Source of the DNA: Octopus vulgaris
Lineage: Eukaryota
Length of the DNA: 64,000 nt
Assembly (NCBI GenBank): GCA_951406725.2
Contig: OX597814.1
Location: 73,408,001-73,472,000, forward strand
Reading direction: 5' to 3'
Part shown: positions 12,110-25,689 of the stretch, in pieces
Layout: each line of letters starts with the position of its first letter
Numbering within the stretch: the stretch's first letter is position 1
Translations under genes and position numbers: made by a program
Notes under the pieces: generated by a model
What the model was told of the DNA's origin: nothing
Seen by the model: only the letters and a program-made list of their open reading frames with translations
The model's database searches: none

Positions 12110-15100
12110 ATGATTTCTTTTATTTGCCACCAAGGCGAAGGATGATGGGAGACAATACAAAGACAAACATAAATTGTTGGGAGTTTACACATAATGGAAT
12201 GATAAAATAAAAAGTATACACGGTATATATTAGAAGAAGGGAAGTATACATAGTATATAACACTAGAAAAAGAGGGGAGGAAAAAAGTGAAAGGGATGGG
12301 ATCCTTCTGATTCAGGATGAGCTCTAGGGATACTCAAGGAAATCCACTCTTGCCATTTTCGCAACTTTCACCCACCATTCCATACATTCACTCGAGGAGA
12401 GCACTTCCCTCTCCACACTGACTTTTCTTCTCAAGTGAAACTTGAAAACGTCAATAAGGGCTTTATGAAGGAGGAATGTTTCTGTACTCATTCCTTTCAG
12501 CCTCGTCCACCAGATAACCTATTTCCCACAATCACCAGACAAAGGAAAACTGTCTTGCCAGCCCGATTAAAGAATAGTGGCGGGGCAATCATCATTATGG
12601 ACTCAGACGATAAGCAGGTCTGTCCTATACGCGACAGCAGCTGTTCGACATAACTCCACAAGTCAGCAATGCCCGGACACTGAACGAATGCATGCAAAAC
12701 GGTTTCGTCGCTCTGCGAGCACCTCGGACAAGCCTGTCTGATAGCAGATCCGTGCCTGTAGAGTTAATCTCGAACCGATAGCGCCCCGCCCCCGTAGCAC
12801 TACCACGCCAAAAACATCTGGAAATTATCCATGATAGTTCCCAGCCGGAAAGTCCTCTGGAATAGACTAGCCAGTTCATCTTCTTCAACGCCTATTGTCT
12901 CTCTGAGGACGTCGTCGCACTTCTCCGCTACTAATCCTCTGTAAATACCTAAAGTGGAACATCCACCGATCCTATTGCTCGACTTGTAGAGTACAGTGAA
13001 CGCTCGACGACATTCTAAGTGCCAGGCGCCCAGTATTAGCCTATCCTTTAACCAGGACTACAGCTCCGTCAGGGAGACGAGCTACGGAAAGGCGTGTTAC
13101 AAATGGAGCCCACACACGTTCAACTTCTACAAATCGCTGCAGGTAGCGCAACCTGAGTGCGTGTCTGCGCATTAAAATCTATGGCAGGCCTAAGCTCCCA
13201 CGCAAAGGAAGTTGGCAGCAGCTTGACCGTCTGGCCATTGGAACGCATCTCTTCTACAATAAAACAAACAGGATACGCTCCAGTCTGATCAAGCAGTAAC
13301 TAGAGCAAGGCACAACGGTCAGACGATAAATATTGACAGAGGTGATGTAGGCATTCGCCACCTCTGCCCGACCTTTCAGAGACAACTTCCTCTCTGCCTA
13401 TTTCTGGGCAAGAGAGGTCAACTTGTTCATTACCTCTTCACAATTCTTATCAATCTGGAGGTCGGGACCAAACCAGACGCTGAGCAGTTTAATTGGTCTG
13501 TCAGTCCAGCGTCCGACAGCATCGATCTGCTTCTCCAGGTGCCCAGTCGCAATCCCGCCAATTTGTCGGCATTGATTTTAGCCCCTGCAACCGATTCATA
13601 TTCCTTTACAATGGAGCCGACCGTCTCCACCTCGGAAGCATCCGACACCATGACGGTGACATCATCCGTGTATGCAGACACTGCCCTCCCGAGTCCAATT
13701 TCGAAAGGGAGGCCTCTTAACTGTTCCAACTTCCGCAGCAGAGGCTCGAGAGCCATCACATATAGAAGAGGTGACAGTGGGCAGCCCTGACGGACCGAAC
13801 GTGCGATACTAAACGGTTCCGATAGGTGGCCATTTACTTTGACCACCAAGCGAGTGCCACTATGTATTGCAGTAATTCAGCCTCTGAAAACGGATCCGAA
13901 GGACTGGTTCCAATTAGCGATGGTCTACCCTATCGAAAACTCGACTGATATAAATTGATCATTGCCCCACCGAAGGCACTTTTAGCCCCAGTCCTCTTTA
14001 CGATGTGTCGCATAAGGTGGAGGTTGTTGTGGATAGACCTACTCGGGATTGCGCACGTTTGTGCCTCCTCGACAAGACTATCAACGACAAGCGTCAACTT
14101 TTTCGCTAACGCCTTGGCCAAAATCTTAAACTCTGTGTTTAGCAGAGTTATGGGCCGAAAATTCCTTAGCATGTCCCCACTGTCGGCGTTCTTTCTTAGC
14201 AGTGTTACTACACTCCGGTCAACAGTACTAGGAAATCTCCCGTTCTGATGCCAGTTACTGTAGACAACTGCCAAGAGGCTGCCAAACAAATCTGGCATGA
14301 AAACATAAAATTCGTAGAGCTGACCATCCAAACTGAGCGATTTGCGACTTGTGCAATCGCTCATCGCCTCCCGTATTTCAAAGGCTGCAATCGGCTTTTC
14401 GCAGAATCTCACGTCCGTCGCCGAGAGCCGTGGTAGGCGGTCTAGGTACGAAGTAAAGTTTGCTATCGTCGTCGACCCATCACCCTCCCCAAACAGCCGC
14501 GCAAAGTGCTGCTGGAAAGCCGCATATATCTGCTCAGAACCGAGTAGCATGTGTCCGTCCCGATCCGTTTCCACGTCGCGTTTCTACCATTCGAGCCCAT
14601 CGGACGGCTTTAGTTCCTTTGTGTTTTAGCTCACGGGCCTTAGCTCTGACAACGTTCCTTTCGTGTTTCAGCTCAAATAAATGGTCAAGGTCCATTTTCG
14701 CCGCAGATACGTCGGTCGTGATGCCTTTACTAATAGCCTCTTCTAGTTTGCTAATTAGTTCTCCCTCTTATCTATTGTTAAATATTTGCTAAACGCTATC
14801 GATTCTACGTTAATCGCTCTCTTCAGAGCGATCCACCACCGATTGTTGACGACAGCCCCCGTCAACTGTCGCTCAACTAGTTCGCTAATCCGATCCTTGT
14901 AGTCTTTGCGAGCCGGTAAGGATGCATTCAACTTCCAGTAACCAGGGCCCTGTCTACGGGTCCTATCTAAATTGACTATGCAGATCACAAATTTGTGATC
15001 TGTGTAGCCGACCAATTTAAATCCATATCCTCTGACTTAACAAATACTCTATCTAAATACGATCTGGATGGTCCGCTGTGGTTGCTCCATGTCCACACTG

Positions 15101-15435
15101 GCACATCAGGGAAATCCAGTCGGTACCTGTCAGAAAGCTGGAAAGTCCTGTGCAGGTTTCCGAGGCTTTTACACCCCCTTCTACTATTTACTAAACCCAC
15201 ACAGTCCTTCCGTACGTTCAAAATATTCCAGTACCCCATAGTACTAAAGTGCAAGATGTTCCCAAGAATGTTTTATAGACGTCTGAAGAAATCTAGCCTT
15301 CCAGCCTCTGTTGGGGTATAAACTTCCACCAGTGTAAAGGTGCTGCCTTCTCTGCCAGGACCATTACACAAACATCCGGTTCCAGGAAGATAGCCCGAAC
15401 TTGGGGATCTAAGGATTTACGGAGTTGTTCTTGTA
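12110..15435 (-). mobile_element. L1/Tx1-clade LINE ORF2 pseudogene (APE, RT, C-terminal Cys region), 5'-truncated
   Basis: WTWSNHSGPSRSYLDRVF and TDHKFV...GPGYWKLN (APE); NFRPITLLNTEFKILAK, SVRQGCPLSPLLY and AYTDDVT (RT). Ends at an (ATT)n tail near 12090-12110. Several frameshifts and stops. Confidence 0.92.
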
Positions 15436-15440
15436 CACCG

Positions 15441-15835
15441 TCACCCGCTCTCACTAATCCAAGATATTTCTACTCCAGTTAAGTAACGCTTCCTCCTAAT
15501 CACTCTCACTTGGTTCATTAGTTTATTTTCTGACATTGGACACATGTCCTTTTCCATCCAAAATTTCAAGGTACGTCGGCTTACTCCGCAGCTTCTTTCT
15601 AGCTTTGATCTTTCATGACATTCAATAAGTGTATCGTACTCTTCCTTCATCCACTTATGTCTGTTTTTGCGCACACGTGTATGTGATCTGTTGTAACATA
15701 TCGACCGTCGGAGGCCAGATCACTGCCCCTGATGCTGGCGGTTTCGGACGTCCCGGGCGGGAAACCTTCACCATGATCAGCTATAGCTTCATTCTCGCCG
15801 TTAATTATTTCATTGTTGTGTTGGATCATGATTTC
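15441..15835 (-). mobile_element. R4/Dong-like LINE N-terminal fragment
   Basis: RHKWMKEEYDTLIECHERS...KFW...MSENKLMNQVRVIRRKRYLTGVEI resembles the Myb-like N-terminus of R4/Dong ORFs. Confidence 0.65.
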
Positions 15836-16190
15836 TTGATTTCCTGGTATCTGAGCTAAGTAGGAATCAGCCCCCTTTGCTATCATTCCTTGGGCACCTA
15901 TGACAACAGGTATTGTTTTAATCTTGAAGTTCCACATTTTGCCAATTTCTATTTCAAGATATTTATACTTACTCAGATTTTGGTAGGTCTTGACAGATAC
16001 ATTTATGTTGATTGGGACAATCATATCAATGAGGAGGTGTGAGTCTTGTCTGAAATCCTTTAATATAATGTCTGACCCATTTGCATCTATTTTCCTGTCA
16101 GTTTGAACAGTAAAGTTCCAGAGGAGTGAGATGTGGTCATCTTCAAGCACTGGAGGTGATTTGTGTTCCCACCAATTTTTATCATATTAC
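15836..16190 (-). mobile_element. R4/Dong-like LINE restriction-like endonuclease (RLE) fragment
   Basis: LLWNFTVQTDRKIDANGSDIILKD...LLIDMIVP...KYKYLEIEIGKMW...TIPVVIGAQG is a decayed PD-(D/E)xK RLE domain. Confidence 0.85.
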
Positions 16191-17417
16191 CGACTGTGTC
16201 ATTTCACCTCATTCTTACAATGACATGTCCTCTGTCTTTCAAGATCTGCATTAGGAAATGTCATTGATAAGGTCACGAATAGCAACAAAAGGACTTTAAC
16301 AGACAAATAACCGATTGAATGTTTAACCAACATTTGATTAGTTTGTGAGTTGGTTAGATATTTAACCTATTGACTAAGAATAAGAAGTGATACTGAACCA
16401 GTGCGTGTGTTTATTATCATTGGCATAATGACCTTTCCAGGACACAACAAGATGTTTCAAGGTACTAATTCAAATCAAAAATCTTGCAAACCAAATACAA
16501 GAACAAAGTAATAGTATTTCGTTATTTTGTTATTCTCAACGTCTGAAGATATTGTTATTTGTTTTCATGTCCTTGAAATGAATTCTTTGGTGGTGTTAAA
16601 ATGGACACTGGAACATTTCTCAATGGCACCTACTTCATGGAAAAGATAATTAAATGCAGATTATCATGCTAGAACCGAAAATAAGTTTGAATCAATTGAA
16701 ATTTTAACCGTCACGAAAATAAAATCATTTAATGTCGATGTGAATTGCTCTCAACAGGTGCAAGAGAAAGAACTCGCAAAATTTCAATTGACTAAAAAGT
16801 GAATGATGCTGGAAAAGAGAGTTTGATTTTTGATAGCTATGGTGACAATGCCAAGAATTTTGTACTCTTATTATATTTCTTTAGAAAAACAATTAACAGA
16901 AAGTAATTGAGTTCCAGAGGGCAATGGTTCGTGCACTAAAGAATTGCATTTTGTTAGTTGCGTGAGATTTACAGGAAAAAAAAAAAACCTTAGAAAATGT
17001 TACAAGAAACTGTGGAAGAATTTAAAAAAAAGAAAGAATACATGGCTATAATGAACTATAAACTGAAGGAGTATTTATTAATTTCATAAAAATCAGTGAT
17101 TATAATTATATCGACAAGGAGGTGTATTGTAACAAATTAAAAGCATGTTCAAAAAAATGTTTTGAATTCAACATTTAAGTTTCAAGAATTGGAATATAAA
17201 ATATCAAAATGATTTGTTTTAATATTCGAGCCGCAGCCGTGATTGGTTAATTCAATTGACAAAAAAAAAAAAAAAAATGTTAGGCATTTATGGTTATATT
17301 ATAATTTTTTTCTGTCGGCTACAAACTTTAGGAGTTCGTTATTGTCATAGCTGTAAGCGGAAAATAAATACATAAAATAACGTAAAAGAATATATGCATG
17401 ATAAAAATATCACGGGA

Positions 17418-17493
<76 letters not shown>

Positions 17494-18063
17494 GTCTGTC
17501 TGTCTGTCCCTCTCTCTGTATGTCTGTCTGTTTGTCTGTCTGTGTACAGATAGATAGTTAGATAGATAGATAGACAAACAAATAAACAGGTAATTAGCTA
17601 CGTGGATATGAAAAGGTTGATAGATATACAAAAATTGAAAATTTACCGTTATTTATAACCATGTATTCACTAAATATTTATCAGATACGTAAGAAAAAAT
17701 GTTTCACTAAAGATACACACATATACAAATATAAATATACACATTCATACATGCATATAATTTTAGGCTTAGTGTTAATCTGTATGCTGATTTTAATACG
17801 GCACTCTTTTACTTAAAATGCCAAGCGGATAATATCATCCTAAGTAATAAATACTTTGATACTAAAACAGTCTTTCAACAACAATCTTGATGTCTTGACG
17901 TAACAACCAACCGTAACAAAATCGTATTCGTAGGATGGAAACCGGTCAATGTTTTAGTTTTTACGAAGATGTTGCGTTGCTTTGTTTTCGGAAGTTTGCC
18001 ATGACCTTTTGTTTCCCGATCTTCTTAAGGGTGGGATATGAGAAAACGATTACAGTATGTTTA

Positions 18064-18204
18064 TATATTTCTTTATTGCCCTCAAGGGGCTAAACATAGA
18101 GGGGACAAACAAGGACAGACAAAGGGATTAAGTCGATTACATCGACCCCAGTGCGAAACTGGTACTTTATTTATCGACCCCGAAAGGATGAAAGGCAAAG
18201 TCGG
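18064..18204 (-). mobile_element. SINE 3'/core fragment
   Basis: Core ATCGACCCCAGT...ACTGGTACTT..TTTATCGACCCCGAAAGGATGAAAGGCAAAGTCG is shared with the SINEs at 20.6-21.2 kb. Confidence 0.75.
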
Positions 18205-19744
18205 CGTATCAGGGTATATGTAGACGTGTAGCTGAAAGTATGTTTCAATGAAGCACCTATCCCCCAATGCTGTTTAATTTAGCTGTCTAGGACCAACTTC
18301 AAGCCAAGTAAATGATATGTCCTTTTCTTCTTCAGTTTGTTTCACGGCCGTATATAATTTCCTATCACCTTCAGCTTTATAGTAAAGCGGGTTTGTTATT
18401 TATTTTTCAGATACGGAAATTTAGATTACTTTCTGTTATTGCTTGTTCAAGGATACAAAGCAAGTTTTGAAAGCAACAAATTGACAGAAACGTTTAGTCT
18501 TTAATGAGTGGCTTATGAGTACTATTTTTTCGCTACGATTGCTGACTCAATTCTCTCAGAATGATTTTACTTTAGATTCACCCACATTCAGTACCATATT
18601 GTTAATAATGTGCAGCAATCAACCAAATCGAATACATCCTGCTTTTTAAAAGTGTTGATTTCTTTGACTAATTCAAAGAATTAATTTGTGGGTTAAAACT
18701 CGGGTACAAATACAAATAGAAAATTGACGAGAAAGGCCTGAATAGAACACTTACTACTGTAAATATCCTGCAATGCCTAACCAATACTTTAAGGTATCTG
18801 CTTTTGATACATCGTGTTGATGCTGAGCTGATAAATTCCAAATATAAAAGAAAAAGGTAAACCAGCCAATTAGTAACTAAATGATGCACCAAAATCAAAA
18901 GTTTCTACTTTCAGATATATAAACTCAAATGGTAAATAAAGGGACAACAGTTCAAATTCCTCCACACAAACAAAAGAGAAAAATAAATACATAGATTGAC
19001 TCAGGTACAAAGAAATTGAGGAAGGGCAGAGGGGGAAAGAAAAGAGTAATCAACAGGAAGTCATCTTATTTTCTGATATACTTTAACATTTACTATTGCT
19101 ATCTTCTTAGGTACAAAACCGTTTATGTAAGAACAAGATATAAACAACTGATTCTGCCTCAATAAAGAAATATTTATATAATACACGTTACTTCAGTGTA
19201 ACTAATTAATTGACTAGAAGAAAACATATTTATATGTTCTTTATTTAAAACACATTTACTTACTGCAGACAGTTTTGTTGAAGAATAATATTGTGGTGGA
19301 AGCGGTTTTCTTCTTTCTTGAAATCCGTCACGTACTTATCGGAGCTAGCATAGAACTAGTAATAAGCAAACTGCAAAGAAAACTCAATGTTTTGAGTCTG
19401 ATAACAGTAGACATAATACAGTTTTAATCTGATCTAAAATAATTTTCAACGTAAGCAAAGGAAACTAATTTTTTTAAGCATTAACATCTACGCATGAAGT
19501 AAAATTTTGGAATCTCTTTTCTCACTACATATATAGTATTTAACATCGATTCATAATAATGCTCTGATTTCAACAAAACACTTTAAGATTCCATGTTTTG
19601 TTTTTAAACTACAATGGATCAAGACAAGAGAGTGAGAGGGATATAGACAAATAGATAGATAGGTACATAAATAGTGAGATAGATAGGTATATAGATAGAC
19701 AGACAGACTGACAGGAAGATAATTAGATTGAGAGAGAGAGACAG

Positions 19745-19785
<41 letters not shown>

Positions 19786-20629
19786 AGAGTGTAAAAAATG
19801 AAAAAAGGGAGGTTGAATTTACTTTACATCGAATTACTATAAATTATATATAGAAACACTGCCCGAGAAAAAATGTCGCGAGACACTAAATTTTATTACA
19901 GTCTCTTCAAAAATGATTAGCCGTTTACCAGAAAAGCATGGAGAATCGTCATAGATGTAACTAGTGCAACTGACTTTAAAAAAATAAAACATAAAACAGC
20001 GTTAAAAATTGTATCGATATTTCATTTTGCAAATTCTCTAAATATAACACCACAGGCAGAAACTTTATAGTTTGCAATTCCACGCAGACAAAAAGATCTT
20101 AATTTGATCAATTTACGAAAATAATTTGCTGGTGATATATTTTCTATATTTCATGATATTTCATTTGTTATAACAGGACTCTACGTTAGTTTTCAAAACA
20201 TTGACCGTTTCTCTCACTATCACAAAAAATGGACAGTTTATTTATGTATGCATAATCCTTTTTCTTCGTCCTTTGATTCCAAAGGCTTCCTTGTTGTTGT
20301 TCCACCCCAGATCAGCCCTTAAAGAGTAAACACTATGCTTATAGGTGTTCTAAAATGTGACAAACTAGTCTTTTATTTTTTGCGATAGAAATGCATTCAG
20401 GGTCTACGGTAACTAATGCTTTTCCTTTATTTTAAAGACAATTTGGAATGATTTGAGAGTGATTTGGTTGTTATTTTTATGGCTTAAGTGACCACAGAGA
20501 ATTAATAGTTGCGTAGTTTATCTAAGATTGTGGACTGTAGGCCAATATAACTTTTTCTGGAATTTTATATACTTTATTTGCTTTAATCTGAAATAGAACT
20601 AAACAATAATTATGGTAATAATAATGACG

Positions 20630-21172
20630 ACACTTCGTCTGTCGTTCAAATTCCTTTTGAGATCGATAAATTAAGTACCAGTTGCCCCCTCACAAAAAAA
20701 TTCGGGCCTTGTGCCTAGAGTAGAAAAGAATAATAATTTTTTCTACTCTAGGCACAGAGCCCGATGTTTTGGGGGAGGGGGCCGCTCGATGAGATCAACC
20801 CCAGTACGCAACTGGTACTTAATTTATCGACCCCGAAAGGATGGAAAGCAAAGTCGATCTCGGCGGAATTTGAACTCAGAATGTAGCGACCGGCGAAATA
20901 CCACTAAGCATTTTGTCCGGCTTGCTAACGATTCTGCCAGCTCATCGCCTTAGAAAAGAATAATAATGACGGCACTGAAGGCGTTAGCACGCCGGAAAAA
21001 ATGCTTAGTGGTATTTCGCCCGTCTTTACGTCCTGATTTCACATCCAACCAAGGTCGACTTTGCTTTCCATCCTTTCGCAGTCGATAAAATAAGAACCAG
21101 CTGAACACTGGGGTCGATATAATCGACTTACTCCTCTCCGAACTTACTAGCCTTGTGCCAAAATTTGAAATT
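20630..21172. mobile_element. Cluster of three related SINE copies (20630-20730 +, 20736-20949 -, 20970-21172 +)
   Basis: Shared GTTAGCA.GCCGGA.AAAATGCTTAGTGGTATTTCGCC head and GTCGATAAA.TAAG.ACCAG core; B-box-like GAGTTCAAATTCC. Confidence 0.8.
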
Positions 21173-22071
21173 AGTAATGATGGCACTAACACAAGTTAAT
21201 AGACTTGTAGTGTAATCAGTTAATCATCTGCGTACATACTTAATATGGATCTTATCGACGATGAAAGCTAATAGGTAAGTAAATCCAGTGTATAAGGCAT
21301 TAGAACTCACGCGAATCTAAATACTAAAAATTGTTTATGTCTTTGTAATGTAGTTTCCAATAATTCATTAGTTAATTTGAAAACTTTAATAATTATTGAT
21401 TTCTAAGTTTGTTACAAAACTATGGAAAACTCTGAATATCAGACTGCACTCCAGATCTCAGACTTCACGTTTGATAGGAGACACAGCTCGACTGACGCGT
21501 TAAATCACCAAGGAAAACTGTAACGGATCATCTTCCGGAAATATTTATAAATGTTACATCCTCTGTGCAAGCTTCAACTATTAAGGCATGGAAGCGCTAT
21601 GTAGAGTACCTTGTAATAAAATAACTTTCTTACTAAAAAGCGTAGAAAACATCAACGAAAAATAAGGTGCAGATGCTCTAGGTATACTGTATGCAATTAG
21701 TTATATGGGAACTTGACCTCGTTACTCAGCTTTACAATTCAGGGGAAAGTTGCAGCAAGTCAATTTCAATTACCACCACTACCACTACCACCACCACACT
21801 CTGTTAACCTCACCATACTTAATTTAAAACTGCTCGCTTGCAGCTGCTAATTTAATGTTTCTTTATGAGCATAGTTACCGCGTTTACAATAGTTTCATGT
21901 AATAATACTCACCAAAAGTAGTATACTTACTAGTAGGTCATTAAGATAAAATATTATTTTTTTCTATTGAAATATGCATCTAATAGTTTATGCTTTTTCA
22001 AGATTATTCCGAGCAATGATTACGTATGTTTTCATGCCATTAAATTCTTGTTTTGTTTTTCTATAAATTTC

Positions 22072-22186
<115 letters not shown>

Positions 22187-22192
22187 CATATA

Positions 22193-22386
22193 TACTCTTT
22201 TATTCCTTTCCTTGTTTCAGTAATTTGACTGCGGCCATGCTGGAGCACCGCCTTTAGTCGAACAAATCGACCCCAGGACTTATTCTTTGTTAGCCTAGTA
22301 CTTATTCTATCGGTCTCTTTTGCCGAACTACTAAGTTACGGGGACGTAAACACACCAGCATCGGTTGTCAAGCGATGTTGGGGGGA

Positions 22387-22466
<80 letters not shown>

Positions 22467-22588
22467 CGACGGGCTTCTTTCAGTTTCAAAAGGCTTTGGT
22501 CGGCCCGAGGGAATAGTGGAAGACACTTGCCCAAGGTGCCACGCAGTGGGACGGAAACCGGAACCATGTGGTTGGTAAGCAAGCTACT
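22193..22588 (-). mobile_element. tRNA-derived SINE with internal (CA)n/(TA)n (resembles octopus OK-type SINEs)
   Basis: Head AACCACATGGTTCCGG.TTC.GTCCCACTGC and tail GGCGGTGCTCCAGCATGGCCGCAGTCAAA.TGACTGAAACAAG; at least six copies in the window. Confidence 0.85.
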
Positions 22589-23092
22589 TTATTTAAAAAA
22601 TTTTGCCATAAAGGCATGATACAGAGTAGCATGCGGGCTGGATAAAGACATTGATGAGGTGAATGATGAAAAGAATGATAATAATGAGAGAAGATAAAAA
22701 GCGCCCGCCGATTTGCTTTTCTCTTCTTTTTTTTTCACAGAAAAAGACAAAACGAGGTAATGAACCTCTTATTTCAGTTTTACAATTTTTGAATTGGGGT
22801 GTTAAGCCTCTTAAACACAATAACATGCAATAAACATTAAACATTATACAATAAACATTGTAACACTGAGGCTTTTCAACCTCTTGTCACTATTCCTCCT
22901 CAACATCGCTTGTACCCGTATATTCCGCCATCACTCACGCCTCATTCAATACCAAGGCGGGATGTTGTAAAAACATACTAGTGTATGTTTTTACAACATA
23001 CACTAATATATAAATAAAGTGAACAACTTTTGGTTGAAGGATACGCCCCCAAACTGTACTTCTCACAATGAGAAAAAATAATTTCACTTAAT

Positions 23093-23330
23093 GTGGAGGC
23101 GCAATGGCCCAGTGGTTAGGGCAGCGGACTTGCGGTCGGAGGATCGCGGTTTCGATTCCCAGACCGGGCGTTGTGTGTGTTTATTGAGCGAAAACACCTA
23201 AAAGCTCCACGAGGCTCCGGCAGGGGATGGTGGTGATCCCTGCTGTACTCTTTCACCACTCTAAAAGGCGGTGCTCCAGCATGGCCGCAGTCAAATGACT
23301 GAAACAAGTAAAAAAAAAAAAAAAAAAAAA
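23093..23330 (+). mobile_element. Chimeric tRNA-derived SINE with poly(A)
   Basis: A box TGGCCCAGTGG and B box GTTTCGATTCC, joined to the GGCGGTGCTCCAGCATGGCCGCAG tail and an A-run. Confidence 0.8.
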
Positions 23331-23339
23331 ATGTGTACA

Positions 23340-24704
23340 ATATTGCTGAACCGCAAGCAGGCCAACATCCTGAATCCAGTGAGGACTCCTTGTTTGTAAA
23401 AAATGTAACCAGACAACAACAAGTGATTACTGAAAGAGCTAATATATTTGAAATTAGTTGAGGGTTTATGGTATGGGAAATATGAATCAGTATGTAAGTT
23501 AAGGGTAATATCCAAAAAGTTGGCTTTAGTTATATCATCATCAAAAACAATGCTTAAGCCCATGTTTCAAAAACGTTTAACCCTTTGTAATTTTTGGTTA
23601 GACACATTTTGAAGGTAGAGTAGACAATCATCACGATATAGACCTCCATTGATGTTTGGGAATTGGTCAGCCATCTCATAAAGGATATATATACCGACCA
23701 AATTAACGATTTCTGCTGAATCAGAACTGCCCATCGTGACATCAAAACTGTCGGGCATATGATTACGGATCCACAGCTTGTTATCAAATTTAATAATAGA
23801 TTTTCTGGCGGCTAACACGGCATTAATTTCATCGCTGGTGAGACCTGCTTTGTTGTGTGCGAGCCAGAGTGCCTTGTTGAGTACAATTGGGTTGTTAGAG
23901 GAATAGAAACTAGAAATGTCAAACTGGATAAACTTAGTTCACTTCTTGTTATTAATAGAATTAAACCAGTCGACCACTTGCAACGAATTAGATCATAAAT
24001 TAAGCTTTATTTATTTTTTTAACTAAGGTAGGAATATATTTATCTAGAATATTTTCGCTAAGTACACCGATATCAGAGCTAGAAAGACAAATAAGTCGTA
24101 AGGCTGGGTTATTAAAAAAAAATTGTTTGTGATCTTTTAAAATAAAACGAGGCTGTTTGGGATCAAGGGGTTCAGTATTCATCTGTAAGTCATATTTCTC
24201 CATAATTTTCTTTGCCTCAAGGTTGGATTTTTTGATTGCACTTTTACCGGTAATCCTATAATTCTTTTGTGTTTCTTTTCTAAGCGATTCTAGATAATAA
24301 TCCTTGGTAAGTCTGTATAAGTTTCCTGTTTTATCCGATTGAACCAGTATCCAATTCATGCTTTGAATTTCTTTCGTGATATTGTGAAGATACCTCAGAT
24401 GTTTATGTTTAAGGGTGAACGGTGGAATTTCACATTTCTCACGATAGACCAGAGATCGTCTTCAAACTGACTCAATCTTGGGTTAGGTGGAGGATTGGTT
24501 TTAGATTTAAACAACTTTTTGAATTCAGAAGTTAGATCGTTAGAGGGGTGTTTAATGTATTTATTATCGAAGAAGGCAAGTCATAATAAAGGAGTTTGTC
24601 TTACTAATAAAGGAGTTTGTCTTACTAATGAGTTGCTTAAGGAAAACCTTCCTTAGGGTAATGGGTATATTCTTAATAGATGCGTTTATATCAAATAACT
24701 CCAT
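23340..24704 (-). mobile_element. Penelope-like element RT pseudogene (5' part of ORF)
   Basis: Begins MELFDINASIKNIPI. Motifs SDKTGNLY, ILKDHK, FDVTMGSSDSAEIVNLVGIYIL, GLYRDDCL and NFLDITLNL..YFPYHKP are typical PLE RT. Frameshifted and 3'-truncated. Confidence 0.9.
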
Positions 24705-24744
24705 GTGTAGTAACTATTTTATGAGCAGGTTATATGGAAGCCTG

Positions 24745-25425
24745 GTTGAAGTGTATATAAATGTATGTGTATTTTTTCAATGTTTACAAATAACAAGGAA
24801 ATAATAAATAAATAGTTACCAGGGAAGCGAAAATTCACACAAGTACCAAGGATGTAACAGCCTACTTATAAAGGCAGAAATTCCAGGTTTTGGTAAAATG
24901 TTTTTGTATCACATAGATAGATAAATATATGGAGTTAAACGCAGGTGATATTCAAATCTTTATACTACCGACATATGCTTCGAAGAAAACATTGATATTA
25001 TTCCAGAAGGAATAAAATGATGTAAAACAATTGTCTGGTTTAAAAAGCCACATCAGACACCATGATGGTGCTGAGGTGTATGTATAGGAGGTGGTCAAAC
25101 TCTGTATAAGGAGTAGACAACCACCATATATATATACACATACACATATAAATGTATGTGTATTTTTTCAATGTGTATAAATAACAAGGAAAAATAAATA
25201 AACAGTTACCAAGGTAGCAAAAATTCACATAAGTGCGAAGGATGTTACAGTCTACTTATAAAGGTAGACATTCTAGGGTTAAGTGAAATGTTTTTGTATA
25301 ACATAGATAAATAAAGAAATGGGGTTAAACGCAGGTGTTATTCAAATCTTTATACTTCCGACATACGTTTCGAAGAAACATTGATAGTTTTCCGGAAGGA
25401 ATAAAATGATGTAAAACAATGCAAA
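24745..25425 (-). repeat. Tandem ~390-bp-period duplication in the PLE pseudo-LTR region
   Basis: 24745-25035 and 25140-25425 share ATAAATGTATGTGTATTTTTT, GTTAAACGCAGGTG.TATTCAAATCTTTATACT and GAAGGAATAAAATGATGTAAAACAAT. Each carries a CGAA.C.TATGTC half-hammerhead on the minus strand. Confidence 0.85.
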
Positions 25426-25689
25426 CATCTCGTTACGAAAAAAAAGAAACAAAACGCATCAATAAGCCATTTTAACCTAATGTGATTACCACATATATGA
25501 TGAAAGGAACACTGGTACGTTATTCTTTTTAAAAAACGTCAAAGGTAATTTAGAGAAAGAGAACAAGGAGAAAGAAAGAAATTAACAGAAAATTAAGAGT
25601 GGAGAAATATAGTGTGATAGATGAATGGGAATGAAGCTTAAAAGCTTGGTATTAGATATATGTAGTGAAAATGAAATGTAAGAAGACAG

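Noticed and set aside
16190-19600. Unique-looking stretches that might hold host exons or old transposase relics
   Set aside because: No recognisable domain or convincing splice-bounded ORF; this needs RNA-seq or tBLASTx.
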